Positions 52,463 through 62,432 of a stretch of 64,000 bases of DNA are shown piece after piece. A model generated the notes under the pieces. That model saw only the letters and a program-made list of their open reading frames with translations. It was not told the DNA's origin and did not search any database. Made by a program: the position numbers and the translations under genes. Every line of letters starts with the position of its first letter. Positions within the stretch are counted from its first letter, which is position 1. This DNA comes from Candidatus Methanomethylophilaceae archaeon (GTDB taxonomy: Archaea > Thermoplasmatota > Thermoplasmata > Methanomassiliicoccales > Methanomethylophilaceae), in NCBI GenBank assembly GCA_944320495.1, contig CALUHR010000005.1, forward strand, positions 1 to 64,000, written 5' to 3'.

Positions 52463-52864
52463 ATGGAGAAGAAGTTCAGGATCGACTTCAACGAGAGCAA
52501 CGTCCTCGAGTCCGTCACCTACACGCTGGTCTCGGAGTTCGACCTCAAGCCCAACGTACTGAGGGCCGACATCGGAGGGGACGGCCACGGGTTCATGCTC
52601 GTGAGCATCGTCGGCGAGAAGGAGAACATGGTCAAGGGGATGACCCACCTCCGCGACCTCGGATACGGGGTCAGGGAGCTCAGCGGCCACATCTTCCACG
52701 ACTACGACAGGTGCTGGAACTGCGGCGCCTGCGTGTCGCTCTGCCCGACCAGGTCCATCTACTACACCGAGGACGACGAGATCAAGCTGAACACGGACAC
52801 CTGCATCGCCTGCGGGTCCTGCATCAACGCCTGCTCGGTGAAGGCCATCCAGCTCGAGCTATGA
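52463..52864 (+). CDS. NIL-domain 4Fe-4S ferredoxin (MA1822-like)
   Basis: NIL (PNVLRADI) plus CWNCGAC..LCP and CIACGSC..AC; GAGGTG RBS. Confidence 0.9.
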   Translation: MEKKFRIDFNESNVLESVTYTLVSEFDLKPNVLRADIGGDGHGFMLVSIVGEKENMVKGMTHLRDLGYGVRELSGHIFHDYDRCWNCGACVSLCPTRSIYYTEDDEIKLNTDTCIACGSCINACSVKAIQLEL

Positions 52865-53565
52865 GGTTCCGCCTCGAATACAGGGAGAGCATCCTGTCGG
52901 TCCTCTGCGACGACGGCCTGGAGGGCGTCGCCTACGACGCCATGTTCGAGGCCAGGTCGGCCATAGAGTCGAAGATCGCGGAGGACCCGTTCTTCGGGAT
53001 GACCTACGACCCCTATCCGGCATCCCCCCGGGATCCGGAGATAGTCAGGCGCATGTGCGACGCGTCCGTCATCGCGGGCGTGGGACCGATGGCCGGCGTC
53101 GCCGGCGCGGTGGCCGTGAGCATCGCCGAGAGGCTCGTGCGGGAAGGCTCGTCATTCGCGATAGCCGAGAACGGCGGGGACATAGCGTTCTACTCGAGGG
53201 AGCCGAGACTCATCGGCATCTACGCCGCGCACCCTGTGCTCAGAGACATGGCGTTCTCAGTCTCTTCGGACCATATCATCGGGATATGCTCGTCGTCGAG
53301 GGTGGTGGGACCGTCCGTCTCACTGGGGAACAGCAGCATCAGCACCGTGTTCGCGGACGATGTGATACTAGCGGACTGTTGCGCCACCGCGTTAGGGAAC
53401 CTCGTGAAGGACGAAGGGTCCCTCCAATCCGCCGTGGAGACGGTGGGTTCGATGGAGGGCGTCTCCGGATGCCTCGCGTGCTGCGGGGACAAGGTCGCGA
53501 TGTACGGGGACCTGCCGGAGATCGTGCCGGCAGACTGCTCGGACGTCGCTCCGATGGATGGGTGA
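52861..53565 (+). CDS. UPF0280 (ApbE-like) protein
   Basis: GVGPMAGVAGAVA, ENGGDI, GICSSS..VGPSVSLG...ADCCATALGN. Confidence 0.88.
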   Translation: MRFRLEYRESILSVLCDDGLEGVAYDAMFEARSAIESKIAEDPFFGMTYDPYPASPRDPEIVRRMCDASVIAGVGPMAGVAGAVAVSIAERLVREGSSFAIAENGGDIAFYSREPRLIGIYAAHPVLRDMAFSVSSDHIIGICSSSRVVGPSVSLGNSSISTVFADDVILADCCATALGNLVKDEGSLQSAVETVGSMEGVSGCLACCGDKVAMYGDLPEIVPADCSDVAPMDG

Positions 53566-53584
53566 ATCAGAAGGATGGGAAGGC

Positions 53585-53608
53585 CCGTGCCGCGATGATA
53601 CGGCACGG
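53585..53608. terminator. Hairpin between convergent genes
   Basis: CCGTGCCG-cgatgata-CGGCACGG. Confidence 0.5.
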
Positions 53609-53616
53609 TGGTTTGC

Positions 53617-55344
53617 TCATGCGGTTCCTGTGGACCCGCTGTCGTCCTCTTCCCCGTCCTCGGTCGGGTCGGCAGGCGTCTCCGGTTCATCCGACGTGTC
53701 GGGTTCCTCGGTCACAGGCTCGTATTCGTGCTCGACGCCATCGGCATCGGTGAACGTCACGACGAGCTTTCCTGCTCCGAGCTTGGAGATTATCCCGTTG
53801 ACATCCATGCTGACCTTCTGGTTGAAGAAGCTGTGAGAAGAACCGGTCATGGTGATGGCATCCTGTCCCTCGCCCCAGGTGAACGTGTAGACGATCGTAC
53901 CGGGCTCGGTGGTGCTGAAGGTGATGTTCGAACCGTCCTCTGGAATGATCTCCTTAACATCAGCTGCGGCCCCATAGGATACGGAGACCTGCTCGGGGGA
54001 TTCGACCGTGATCTTGGCGGTGTCGGCGGAACCCAGCTCGTAGACGGGGATGATGCTGATGGTCGCATCTCCCTTGCCCCAGGCAAGGCCATTGATGGTC
54101 GTGCTGAACGTTCCTGACAGGGAGGACCCTATGTTCACGGCGTAGATCGTAGATGGTGCGTACTCCCAGGATACATAGATGTATAGCGCCTTGAGGATCC
54201 CGTCCTCAGCGGTGGTTATGTTCAGGGTCAGATCAGTAGACTTGTTGAAGGGTTTGGTCAGATCGGCCTCCGCGCCCCCCACATAATACTTCACGTCCAC
54301 ATTGCTGGAAGCATCCGTCACCAAGAACTCGGGCATATCCGCGTTCTCGGCCACCTTGCCGACATACAGGGTTCCCAGGTTGGTGTCGTCCGGGATCGTG
54401 ATCTGAACTGTGGTGCCCTCTGTGACCTTTCCGGCCACGGATCCCCAAGACAGGACGTACTGGGTCTCTACGCCCTCTCCGGCATCGATGGTGAGTGTTG
54501 CTCCGTCCTCGGGGGTGATGATGGCACCATCTCCGAACTGGGCCTCGCCGTAGGTCACCTTGACGCCCTCGTCCGCGATTATTCCTATGTATGCTTTAGG
54601 CTCGGAACTCCCCTTGTCAACCACAGGGGTGACGCCCAGGGTGACATCCTGTCCGGCCTTGACGTTCACAGTGATTGTGGCCTCAAAATCGGTATCGCCC
54701 TTGGTGAGAACGATATCGCCGACCTGGGATACGGAACCAGCAGGGGTCGCATTAATCTTTACATCCTCAATGAAGTCCTTGCAGGTAACCTTCACGACAA
54801 CTGTGACGTCCTCGGTGAGCTCCAACTCCCCGGTTACGGGATCCTCTCCGATGATATACTCGACCTTCGCCCCGGTCTTGTCAGGGTCGGCGAAGGGCGT
54901 GAGCGTCAGGGTGTTCTTCTTCGCGACCTCGCCGAAGGTTATGTTGAATCCCACGGTCACGTCCTTCCCGTCGGAGACGGAGAACTTGGCCTCGTAGACG
55001 AGACCGTCATCGGTCTCGCCGGTCCTCTCCAGGCTGATCAGCTTGGCGCGATCCGCTGGGGACATGGTGAATCCCGTGATCTCGTGGCTTGTGGTGATCT
55101 TGGCTCCGAACTCGACATCGCCGTCGACGGCGGCCTTGCCGTCAGCGATGGCTTTGCCCTCGGAGTCCGTTATCTCTATCTTCACATCGGGGTGCGCCGC
55201 GTCCTCGAAGTCCTCGAACGTGACTGCATACCCCTGGGCTTCGTCGCCCCCATCCCTTGTTAGGAGGTAAGCTGCGGCCGCCGCGACGATCACCACGATC
55301 GCGACGATCAGGACCAGCATCCTCCTGTCCATCTGTAGAGCCAT
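53617..55344 (-). CDS. Membrane-anchored acidic surface protein
   Basis: N-terminal TM (MLVLIVAIVVIVAAAAAYLL), beta-rich T/V/D/E body, Asp/Glu/Pro-rich tail, atypical codon usage. Confidence 0.8.
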   Translation of the reverse strand: MALQMDRRMLVLIVAIVVIVAAAAAYLLTRDGGDEAQGYAVTFEDFEDAAHPDVKIEITDSEGKAIADGKAAVDGDVEFGAKITTSHEITGFTMSPADRAKLISLERTGETDDGLVYEAKFSVSDGKDVTVGFNITFGEVAKKNTLTLTPFADPDKTGAKVEYIIGEDPVTGELELTEDVTVVVKVTCKDFIEDVKINATPAGSVSQVGDIVLTKGDTDFEATITVNVKAGQDVTLGVTPVVDKGSSEPKAYIGIIADEGVKVTYGEAQFGDGAIITPEDGATLTIDAGEGVETQYVLSWGSVAGKVTEGTTVQITIPDDTNLGTLYVGKVAENADMPEFLVTDASSNVDVKYYVGGAEADLTKPFNKSTDLTLNITTAEDGILKALYIYVSWEYAPSTIYAVNIGSSLSGTFSTTINGLAWGKGDATISIIPVYELGSADTAKITVESPEQVSVSYGAAADVKEIIPEDGSNITFSTTEPGTIVYTFTWGEGQDAITMTGSSHSFFNQKVSMDVNGIISKLGAGKLVVTFTDADGVEHEYEPVTEEPDTSDEPETPADPTEDGEEDDSGSTGTA

Positions 55345-55383
55345 ATCGGTCGGCTACGTATCGTAATGACGGATATATACCGG

Positions 55384-56139
55384 TCAGCACCGGTTGGTCT
55401 TGATCATCCACCAGCAGGCCGCGAAGAAGACAGCGAGATACACAGCCAGGATGGCCACCGAGTCCATCGGGATGCATGTGTCCAGCATTATGCCCCTCAT
55501 GAGCTCGCTCACATGGGTGAGCGGGAGCGCGTAGACGACCCATGACGCCACCGACGGAAGGGCTTCGACGTTGAACAGCGTCCCGCACAGGAACGTCATG
55601 GGTATTATCACCAGCGACGTGAACAGGTTCAGATGCTGGCTCTTCTCCATGAACATGCCCACGAGCATCCCCATCAGCGAGAACGTCAGGGCGGCCATGA
55701 CGACCACCAGGATCGCCAGAGGCTGGAGGCTGACCTCCGGGGATATCAGATGCCCGACGACGATGAGCAGCGTGCAGCTCAGCAGCGCGCGGACGATCCC
55801 GGTGGCGCACTTCCCCAGGACGATGGCGGAGATGTGCACAGGGCAGAGCAGCAGCTCGTCGAAGCTCATGTAGAACAGACGCTGTACCAGCACCTTCATC
55901 GCCACCGTCGAGAATGTGGCGGACAGCGTGGTCAGAGCTACTATGCCGGGCACGATGAACGCCAGGTACGCATCGGGGTCGCTGGAGACGCTCCCACCTA
56001 TGCCGAACCCGAACGCCAGCAGATAGAGCAGAGGTCCCACCAGGGATGTGATCAGCACCTCCGCGATGTTGTCCCTGATGTACACGAGGTCGCCCCAGGC
56101 GACCCTGTAGGCCTCGTCGATTATCGAGAGGAGCCTCAT
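55384..56139 (-). CDS. ABC-2 type permease
   Basis: Six TM; FIVPGI, PMTFLCG..F...LP...VYALPLTH. Confidence 0.9.
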   Translation of the reverse strand: MRLLSIIDEAYRVAWGDLVYIRDNIAEVLITSLVGPLLYLLAFGFGIGGSVSSDPDAYLAFIVPGIVALTTLSATFSTVAMKVLVQRLFYMSFDELLLCPVHISAIVLGKCATGIVRALLSCTLLIVVGHLISPEVSLQPLAILVVVMAALTFSLMGMLVGMFMEKSQHLNLFTSLVIIPMTFLCGTLFNVEALPSVASWVVYALPLTHVSELMRGIMLDTCIPMDSVAILAVYLAVFFAACWWMIKTNRC

Positions 56140-57044
56140 TCGAACCGCCCCCTGCCCTCGCCTGTCAACTCCAGGAAGACGTCCTCCAGGGTGGTCCTGC
56201 GGATGCTGACGTACGCGTCCCCCAGGGAGGAGGCGTACGCCCTGGCGTCATCCATTCCGCGGAAGTACCTCGTCTCGGTCCTCCCGTCCGGGTTCGAGTC
56301 CACCGCGACGCCGCCGATCATGTCCCTGAGCTCGTCCACTGTTCCGATGGCCACCATCCTGCCGTGGTCGATGATCGCGACCCTGTCGCACAGGGACTCG
56401 GCCTCCTCGATGTAGTGGGTGGTGAGGAATATCGTGGTCCCGCGGGCGTTGAGGTCGCGGACCAGGTCCCAGAGTATGTGCCTGGACCTCGTGTCGAGGC
56501 CGGCGGTCGGCTCGTCCAGGAGCAGGAGCTCCGGCTCGTGGACTATCGCGCAGACTATCGCCGCACGGCGCTTCCATCCGCCGGAGAGACTGCCCACGGT
56601 GCGGTCCATGTAGTCCTCCAGTCCGAGGAGGTGCGCGGCCGAGTCGATGCGGGAGTCCAACTCGGACCTGGGTATCTTGTGCAGGATGGCGCGGTGCCTG
56701 ATGTTCTGGCGCACCGTGAGGTCCTTGTCCAGTGAGATGTGCTGCTGCGCTATGCCGATGCGCTTGCGGGCCTCGATGTAGTCGGACGATGCATCGTGAC
56801 CGTCGATCAGCACCGTCCCGGACGTCGGGCGCTGGATGGTCGTTATGGCGCGCATAGTTGTCGTCTTCCCGGCGCCGTTAGGGCCCAGGAAGCCGAATAT
56901 CTCGCCTCTGCGGACCTCGAAGGTCAGGCCGTCGACGGCGGTGAAATCGCCGAACCTGATAACGAGGCCCCTCACATCGGCGATGGTGGCGTCGGAGCAT
57001 CCTCCGGAGGCCGCTGAGAACTGGTTTTCCGTATCCCGGCACAT
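56136..57044 (-). CDS. ABC transporter ATPase (NodI/DrrA-like)
   Basis: GPNGAGKTT, LSGGWKRR, LLDEPT, TTHYIEEAE, TLEDVFL; start uncertain. Confidence 0.92.
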   Translation of the reverse strand: MCRDTENQFSAASGGCSDATIADVRGLVIRFGDFTAVDGLTFEVRRGEIFGFLGPNGAGKTTTMRAITTIQRPTSGTVLIDGHDASSDYIEARKRIGIAQQHISLDKDLTVRQNIRHRAILHKIPRSELDSRIDSAAHLLGLEDYMDRTVGSLSGGWKRRAAIVCAIVHEPELLLLDEPTAGLDTRSRHILWDLVRDLNARGTTIFLTTHYIEEAESLCDRVAIIDHGRMVAIGTVDELRDMIGGVAVDSNPDGRTETRYFRGMDDARAYASSLGDAYVSIRRTTLEDVFLELTGEGRGRFE

Positions 57045-57339
57045 CTCTTGATCGAACCGTGGAGGTTGTTCCTAGTATATTGGATGATAGGTCCATCTCA
57101 TGCGGGCCCTCTGTGTTCGGGCACGGAAGACGGACATTCCGCATCGCAGAACGATGGAATCCGAGACTGTCGTCGGTCTCTTGCCGTCGAAGGCCACACT
57201 GCAAAGCAGCGCCTCCCCTTATCATGGCATCCATCGGTTGGAACGGATGGGACCTATTCGGGACAAACGACCGAACGGACCTATAACGTTGCGGAAACAA
57301 CGGAACCAATCATAATCTCCTCCGACCCTCTCCATCCCC

Positions 57340-57963
57340 ATGCTGGGAAAGGACATCGTCATCGACCGCGAGAAGTGCGACGGGTGCGGACTGTGCGTCC
57401 AGGCGTGCCACGAGGGCGCCCTGGCCATCGTCGACGGCAAGGCCGCTCTCGTCAGGAAGGACTTCTGCGACGGGCTGGGGGACTGCCTGCCGGCCTGCCC
57501 CCAGGGTGCGATATCCTTCGCCGACCGCCGGTCATCGAGCACCGAGTGCGGATCCGGGTTCGACTCCGGATACCAGTGGCCCATCCAGCTCGCCCTCGTG
57601 CCCCCGAGATGGGACTTCTACCGCGGCACGATCGTCATCGCGGCGGACTGCACCGCGTTCGTCATGGACCGCTTCAGGTCGGTGATGGCCAGGGGCGACC
57701 CCGTGATCATCGGATGCCCCAAGCTGGACGACCGCGCCAGGTTCGACAAGGTCCTGGCCATCCTGAGGGACAACCCCGTCGACGAGGTCCGCGTCATACG
57801 CATGGAGGTCCCCTGCTGCCGCGCGCTCACAAACATCGTCAGGGCCGCGGCGGAGCAGTGCGGCAGGGATGTTCGCGTGACCGAGACCATAGTCTCCCGC
57901 GGCGGGTCAGTGCTGTCCGCGGAGCCTCCGCAGGCGCCCGCCGGGTTCGTCGGGCTGAGGCGA
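57340..57963 (+). CDS. 4Fe-4S dicluster domain protein
   Basis: CDGCGLC..ACHEGA, CDGLGDCLPACP, QWPIQL, GCPKLD, MEVPCC; CGA 57961-57963. Confidence 0.88.
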
Positions 57964-57966
57964 TCG

Positions 57967-58587
57967 TCGCCTCTTTACCGCCAGGTACAGGACCCCGGGC
58001 TCCCCCGGGATCGCCCTCGCGTCCATGCCGACGGAATCGAGGAGCGAGAGGATCTCATCGTCGGGGATCATCCTCGCCCCGTAGTCCCTGTTGATCTTCT
58101 CGACGATCTCGTCCCTTCCGGCGCCGAACCTCTCCTCGGCGCCGATGGCGAGGATGCCCCCGGGTGCGAGGACCCTGGCGATCTCGACCAGACCGGCCCT
58201 CAGGTCGGGCCAGAAGAAGTAGGTCTCGATGGCCGTGACCATCGCGAAGGACCCGTCGCCGAAGGGGAGGTCGTCCACCGAAGCCAGTTGGAGGTCGAAC
58301 CTTCTGGAACCCATGAGATTCTCGTTCATCTCGCGGGTGACCGCGAGCGAGTCCTCGGAGATGTCCACGCCCGCAAATCCAGCGTCGGGATACCTTGCGG
58401 AGAGCCTTCTGAGGAATCCGCCCCCGCCGCATCCGACGTCGAGGATGCGGCCGTCGACCGTCGCGGGGAGCCTCTCGAGGCAGAACTCCCAGAGGGGGAC
58501 GTGGTGCTCGTTCATCCTGGCGAGGACCTTCCTGCCGTCCTCGCCGATGGGCTTCCTGCACTGGGATCTGAGATGCTCTTCGGCCAT
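57967..58587 (-). CDS. Class I SAM-dependent methyltransferase
   Basis: ILDVGCGGG, GVDIS, LPFGDGSF, ETYFFWPD; tandem CGA CGA (57967-69, 57964-66) after LAVKR. Confidence 0.9.
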
Positions 58588-58629
58588 GGAAGAAGGGATG
58601 GCCTGCTGGGATAAGGATTCGATGATTGG

Positions 58630-59568
58630 TCAGACTCGCTGATCGGCGTCCGGTCCGACGTACCTGGAGCGGAACGACGCCTTCCCGACCTCGTACAGCA
58701 TGAGGTCGTCGGCGACGTACGATTCGGGGAAGATCCCCCTGGCCTCGGCCTCGAGGACGCTCCTGTCGTCGTAGCGGTGGCTCACATGCGTCATGATGAG
58801 ATGCCCGACCCCGGCCTCCCTCGCGAGGCGCGCGGCCTGTGCCGCAGTGGTGTGGTTGTGCTTTCCGGCGTTCTCCGCCTCGGCGTCCATGTAGGTGGCC
58901 TCGTGGATCAGCACGTCCACCCCATGGGCGGCCTCGACGGTGCTGTCCGCCGGTTTCGTATCCCCGGTGTACGCGACGCTGATGCCCGGAACGGGAGGTC
59001 CTATGACCATGTCCGGCGTGATGTCCCTCACCGGCTCACCGCGCTTCAGCCTCGCCATGTCCGGGCCGTCCCTGGCGCCCAGTGCGAGCGCCCTCTCATG
59101 ATCGAGCTTCCCGGGCCTGTCCGGTCCGCGGAGGACGTAGCCTATCGAGAACATGCCATGGTCCGTCCTGAAGCAGGACGCCCCGAAGCCGCAGGCCTGG
59201 AACGTCTCGCCTCCGGACAGCTCCCTCACGTCTATCGGATAGCTCAGCTCGCCCCCGGTGGCCTCCATGGCCGTGTCGATGAGCGCGCGTATGCCGGGCG
59301 GGCCGCATATCAGAAGGGGATCCCTGCGGTCCGACAGGCTCATGGTCTGGAGCAGACCGGGCAGACCGAACACGTGGTCCCCGTGCAGGTGCGTGACGAG
59401 GATCGCGCCTATCTTCATGAACGAATAGGGGGACTCCATCAGCCTGCGCTGGGTCCCCTCGCCGCAGTCGAGGAGGACTATCCCGCGGCCCTCCTTCACT
59501 GCGATGCAGGAAGTCGAACGGTCCTTGGAGGGGACGGCCGCGGACGTCCCCAGGAACAGGATCTCCAT
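58630..59568 (-). CDS. rnz: Ribonuclease Z
   Basis: LGTSAAVP, DCGEGTQ, THLHGDH, GDT, HEATY, HTTA, THVSHRY; ends CAG CGA GTC TGA. Confidence 0.95.
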   Translation of the reverse strand: MEILFLGTSAAVPSKDRSTSCIAVKEGRGIVLLDCGEGTQRRLMESPYSFMKIGAILVTHLHGDHVFGLPGLLQTMSLSDRRDPLLICGPPGIRALIDTAMEATGGELSYPIDVRELSGGETFQACGFGASCFRTDHGMFSIGYVLRGPDRPGKLDHERALALGARDGPDMARLKRGEPVRDITPDMVIGPPVPGISVAYTGDTKPADSTVEAAHGVDVLIHEATYMDAEAENAGKHNHTTAAQAARLAREAGVGHLIMTHVSHRYDDRSVLEAEARGIFPESYVADDLMLYEVGKASFRSRYVGPDADQRV

Positions 59569-59780
59569 CGGTAGACCTGGTCGATCTCCCTGTCCTGCTT
59601 GGTCTGCTTCTTGTACTCCTTGTAGTGCTCCTTGCAGAGGTGGACGCTGCGGAGCCCCTGGGACTTGTAGGAGAGACCGCATCTGGAGGCCTGCTTGATG
59701 TTGATCGAGCGCTCCGCGGGCTTGTCGCAGCCAGCGACGTCGCAGACTTCCTCGGCGGTTCCATGCTTTGCCAGTGCCAT
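59568..59780 (-). CDS. Small Zn-finger-like protein (CxxxxC...HxCxxH)
   Basis: CDVAGC...HLCKEHYKEYKK; CGA 59568-59570 overlaps the rnz ATG (CGATG). Confidence 0.75.
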
Positions 59781-60056
59781 GCCACCCGGATAGACCTAAT
59801 CAATAGATAAGGGTGCCAGACGGAACGACGATCTGGCGATGCTTCCGGCTCGAGCCACCATACCGCGTCCCTTCCCCGAGCAGGACCCGACGGGGCCCCG
59901 GAGAAGTGGGGATGGGATGGCTTGGGACTCCGCCATCGCCGCGGTCGCGAAGGCCCCGGCCTGCACGGTCTCGCGCAGGCGAACGGTCTGAAACGGGGGC
60001 ATCCAGGACCCCCTTTCCCCACCGGTGCCTACGAATCCATTTAATCGGACACGCCG

Positions 60057-60725
60057 ATGGCCCCCACCATGACTCTCGTATCCCCGTCCATCCTCTCCGC
60101 AGACTTCTCCAGACTCGGCGACGAGGTCGCCCGTGTGGACCGCTCTGGCGCGGACTGGGTCCATCTGGACGTCATGGACGGGATGTTCGTCCCGAACATC
60201 ACATTCGGACCGCCAGTCATCAAGGCTGTCAGGCCCTGCTCCGACAGGCCCTTCGACGCCCATCTCATGATACAGGACCCGGCGAGGTACATCGACGCCT
60301 TCGCCGACGCGGGATGCGATTCGATCACCGTCCACGTGGAGGCCGACGGGGACGTCAGGGACGCCGTCAGGCGCATCTCCGACCATGGGCTGGGCGTGGG
60401 GATCTCCATCAACCCCGAGACCCCCTTCGAGAGGATCGAGCCGTTCCTCCCCGATGCGGACATCGTCCTCGTCATGACCGTCCATCCCGGGTTCGGGGGC
60501 CAGTCGTTCATCGGGGACTGCGTGCCCAAGATCTCCATGGCAAGGCAGTGGGCCGAGGACCACAACCCCGGGCTGCACGTCTCCGTGGACGGCGGCATCA
60601 ATGACGTCACCGCGCGCACCTGCGTCGAGGCGGGCGCGGACGTGCTCGTGGCCGGATCCTTCCTCTTCAAGAAGGAGGACATGGCGCCCACCATCGAGGC
60701 GTGGCACGGCATGAGGGTGAGGCGA
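60057..60725 (+). CDS. rpe: Ribulose-phosphate 3-epimerase
   Basis: SPSILSADF, HLDVMDG.FVPNITFG, DAHLM, VMTVHPGFGGQ, VDGGIN, LVAGS; 222 aa to CGA 60723-60725. Confidence 0.95.
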
Positions 60726-60726
60726 G

Positions 60727-61755
60727 ATGGGAGTAAACCTCTCGCCCATCGTGGAGTCGGCGCCGATAGAGCTGTCCGACCTCCGCGGGAAGACCGTCGC
60801 CATCGACGCGTACAACACCATCTTCCAGTTCCTCTCGATCATCAGGCAGCCCGACGGGAAGCCGCTCATGGACGACGACGGAATGGTCACGTCCCATCTC
60901 TCGGGACTGCTGTATAGGACCGCGAATCTGATCGAGAACGGCATCGAGCCGGCGTTCGTCTTCGACGGGAAGCCCAGCGAGCTCAAGGCCGGGACCATCG
61001 AGGAGCGCATCGCCAGGCGCGAGAAGGCCAGGGAGGAGTACGAGCAGGCGCTGAGGGAGGGCGACATGCAGAAGGCGTTCTCCAAGGCGCAGCAGACCTC
61101 CAGGATCACGCCGGACATCCTGTCCACCTCGAAGGAGCTGCTGACGCTGATGGGCATACCCGTGATCCAGGCGCCGAGCGACGGGGAGGCCCAGGGGGCG
61201 TACATGTGCCTCAAGGGCGACGTCCATGCCGCCGCCTCCCAGGACTTCGATTCGATTCTCTTCGGCGCGCCCACGCTGGTGCGCAACATCACCATCTCCG
61301 GCAGGCGCAAGGTCCCCGGCAAGAACCTCTACAAGACCGTCCAGCCCGAGATCATAGACACCGGGAGGATGCTCTCGGACCTCGGGGTCACGAGGGAGCA
61401 GCTGGTGGACGTCTGCATCATGATCGGCACCGACTTCAACCCCGGGGTGTCCGGCATCGGGCCGAAGAAGGGATTGAAGCTGATCCAGCAGTACGGCGAC
61501 CTGGAGCACGTGATCGCCGCCAAGGGCTACGACATCCCCGGCTACGAGGAGGTCCGCGAGATCTTCCTGGACGGGCCCAAATCGGACGATTACTCGGTGA
61601 AGCCCGGCCAGGTGGACGCCGACGGAGTGCTGGCCATGATGTCCTCCCACGGGTTCTCGGAGGATCGCGTCAGGACGGTGCTAGGCAAAATGACTGCCGC
61701 CCGCAAGGCGGAGTCTGACAGAAGGAAGCAGAGGTCTCTGGACAGCTGGTTCCGA
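60727..61755 (+). CDS. fen: Flap endonuclease 1
   Basis: MGVNL, AIDAYN, APSDGEAQ, SQDFDS, GTDFN.GVSGIGPK; C-terminal PIP box QRSLDSWF then CGA, giving 342 aa. Confidence 0.97.
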
Positions 61756-62427
61756 TCGCGCCCTCACGGCCAGCCTCACCAGGTCATGCCCCTGGGAGAA
61801 CAGCCTGCAGTAGACGTCCCTGCACCTCTTGTAAGACCGGAAGGTCCTCTCGGCGGCCTCTACGTCGCCGTACACCTTCCAGCATCCGATGCAGCGGCAG
61901 CACCTGCCCTCGTTCTCGATGTACCCGCGGACGTCCTCCATGGGATAGTCCAGGAACACGCCGACCTCAGGGGGCATCCTGGGACAGAGCACGAACCTGC
62001 GGCAGAGCTGGTCCACCATGTGCTCCGCGTTCCCGCTGTCGTAGCCGTAGTCCTCGAGGAAGGACATGACCTCGCGGTCTGCGATCCTCGCGCAGAGCAT
62101 CGACGGGCGGTACACGTACACGAGCGAGCCCTCGCCGTCGAAGCTTATGATGCGCACGCGGACGCCGCGGTCGCGGAGCATGCCCTCGATCTCCCTGGTC
62201 TGATGGAGAATACCATGGGGGTCGGACTCCACCCTGAACATGCTTCCGCACTTCAGGCCCGCCAAGGTCGGCGAACAGTGGCGGACGACGCGCTCGCGCA
62301 GGTCGGGAACGGAGGTTCCCACCCGTCCGGGGCATGTCTCTAATATTGGACGGGCTGGCTCATGGATCTCTGCTATGTCGGAAAGTCCCTTCCCGCAGAC
62401 CGAGTCGCCGTGTATGTCCGACCTCAT
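61756..62427 (-). CDS. DUF3793-family protein
   Basis: HCSPTLAGLK, LVYVYRP, PPEVGVFLDYPMEDV, GCWKVYGD; CGA at 61756-61758. Confidence 0.85.
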
Positions 62428-62432
62428 GGTGA

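Noticed and set aside
59800-60040. GC-rich hairpin-containing intergenic region considered as SRP RNA or other ncRNA
   Set aside because: No SRP helix-8 motif (CAGG-CCC-GGAA-GGG-AGCA) on either strand and no terminal helix; could still be a UTR.
376-61650. Many long antisense or alternate-frame ORFs in the track (e.g. 376-2346 -, 8744-10348 -, 11354-13126 -, 48784-50847 +, 59796-61322 -)
   Set aside because: Shadow ORFs caused by high GC3 and stop-poor reverse frames; they overlap well-supported genes and have low-complexity G/V/D/R/H composition.
61756-62343. Fen1 'fusion' C-terminal extension, and similar tails on truD, TPR, rpe, hef and 4Fe-4S genes
   Set aside because: Non-homologous and antisense to real genes; each begins exactly at an in-frame CGA.
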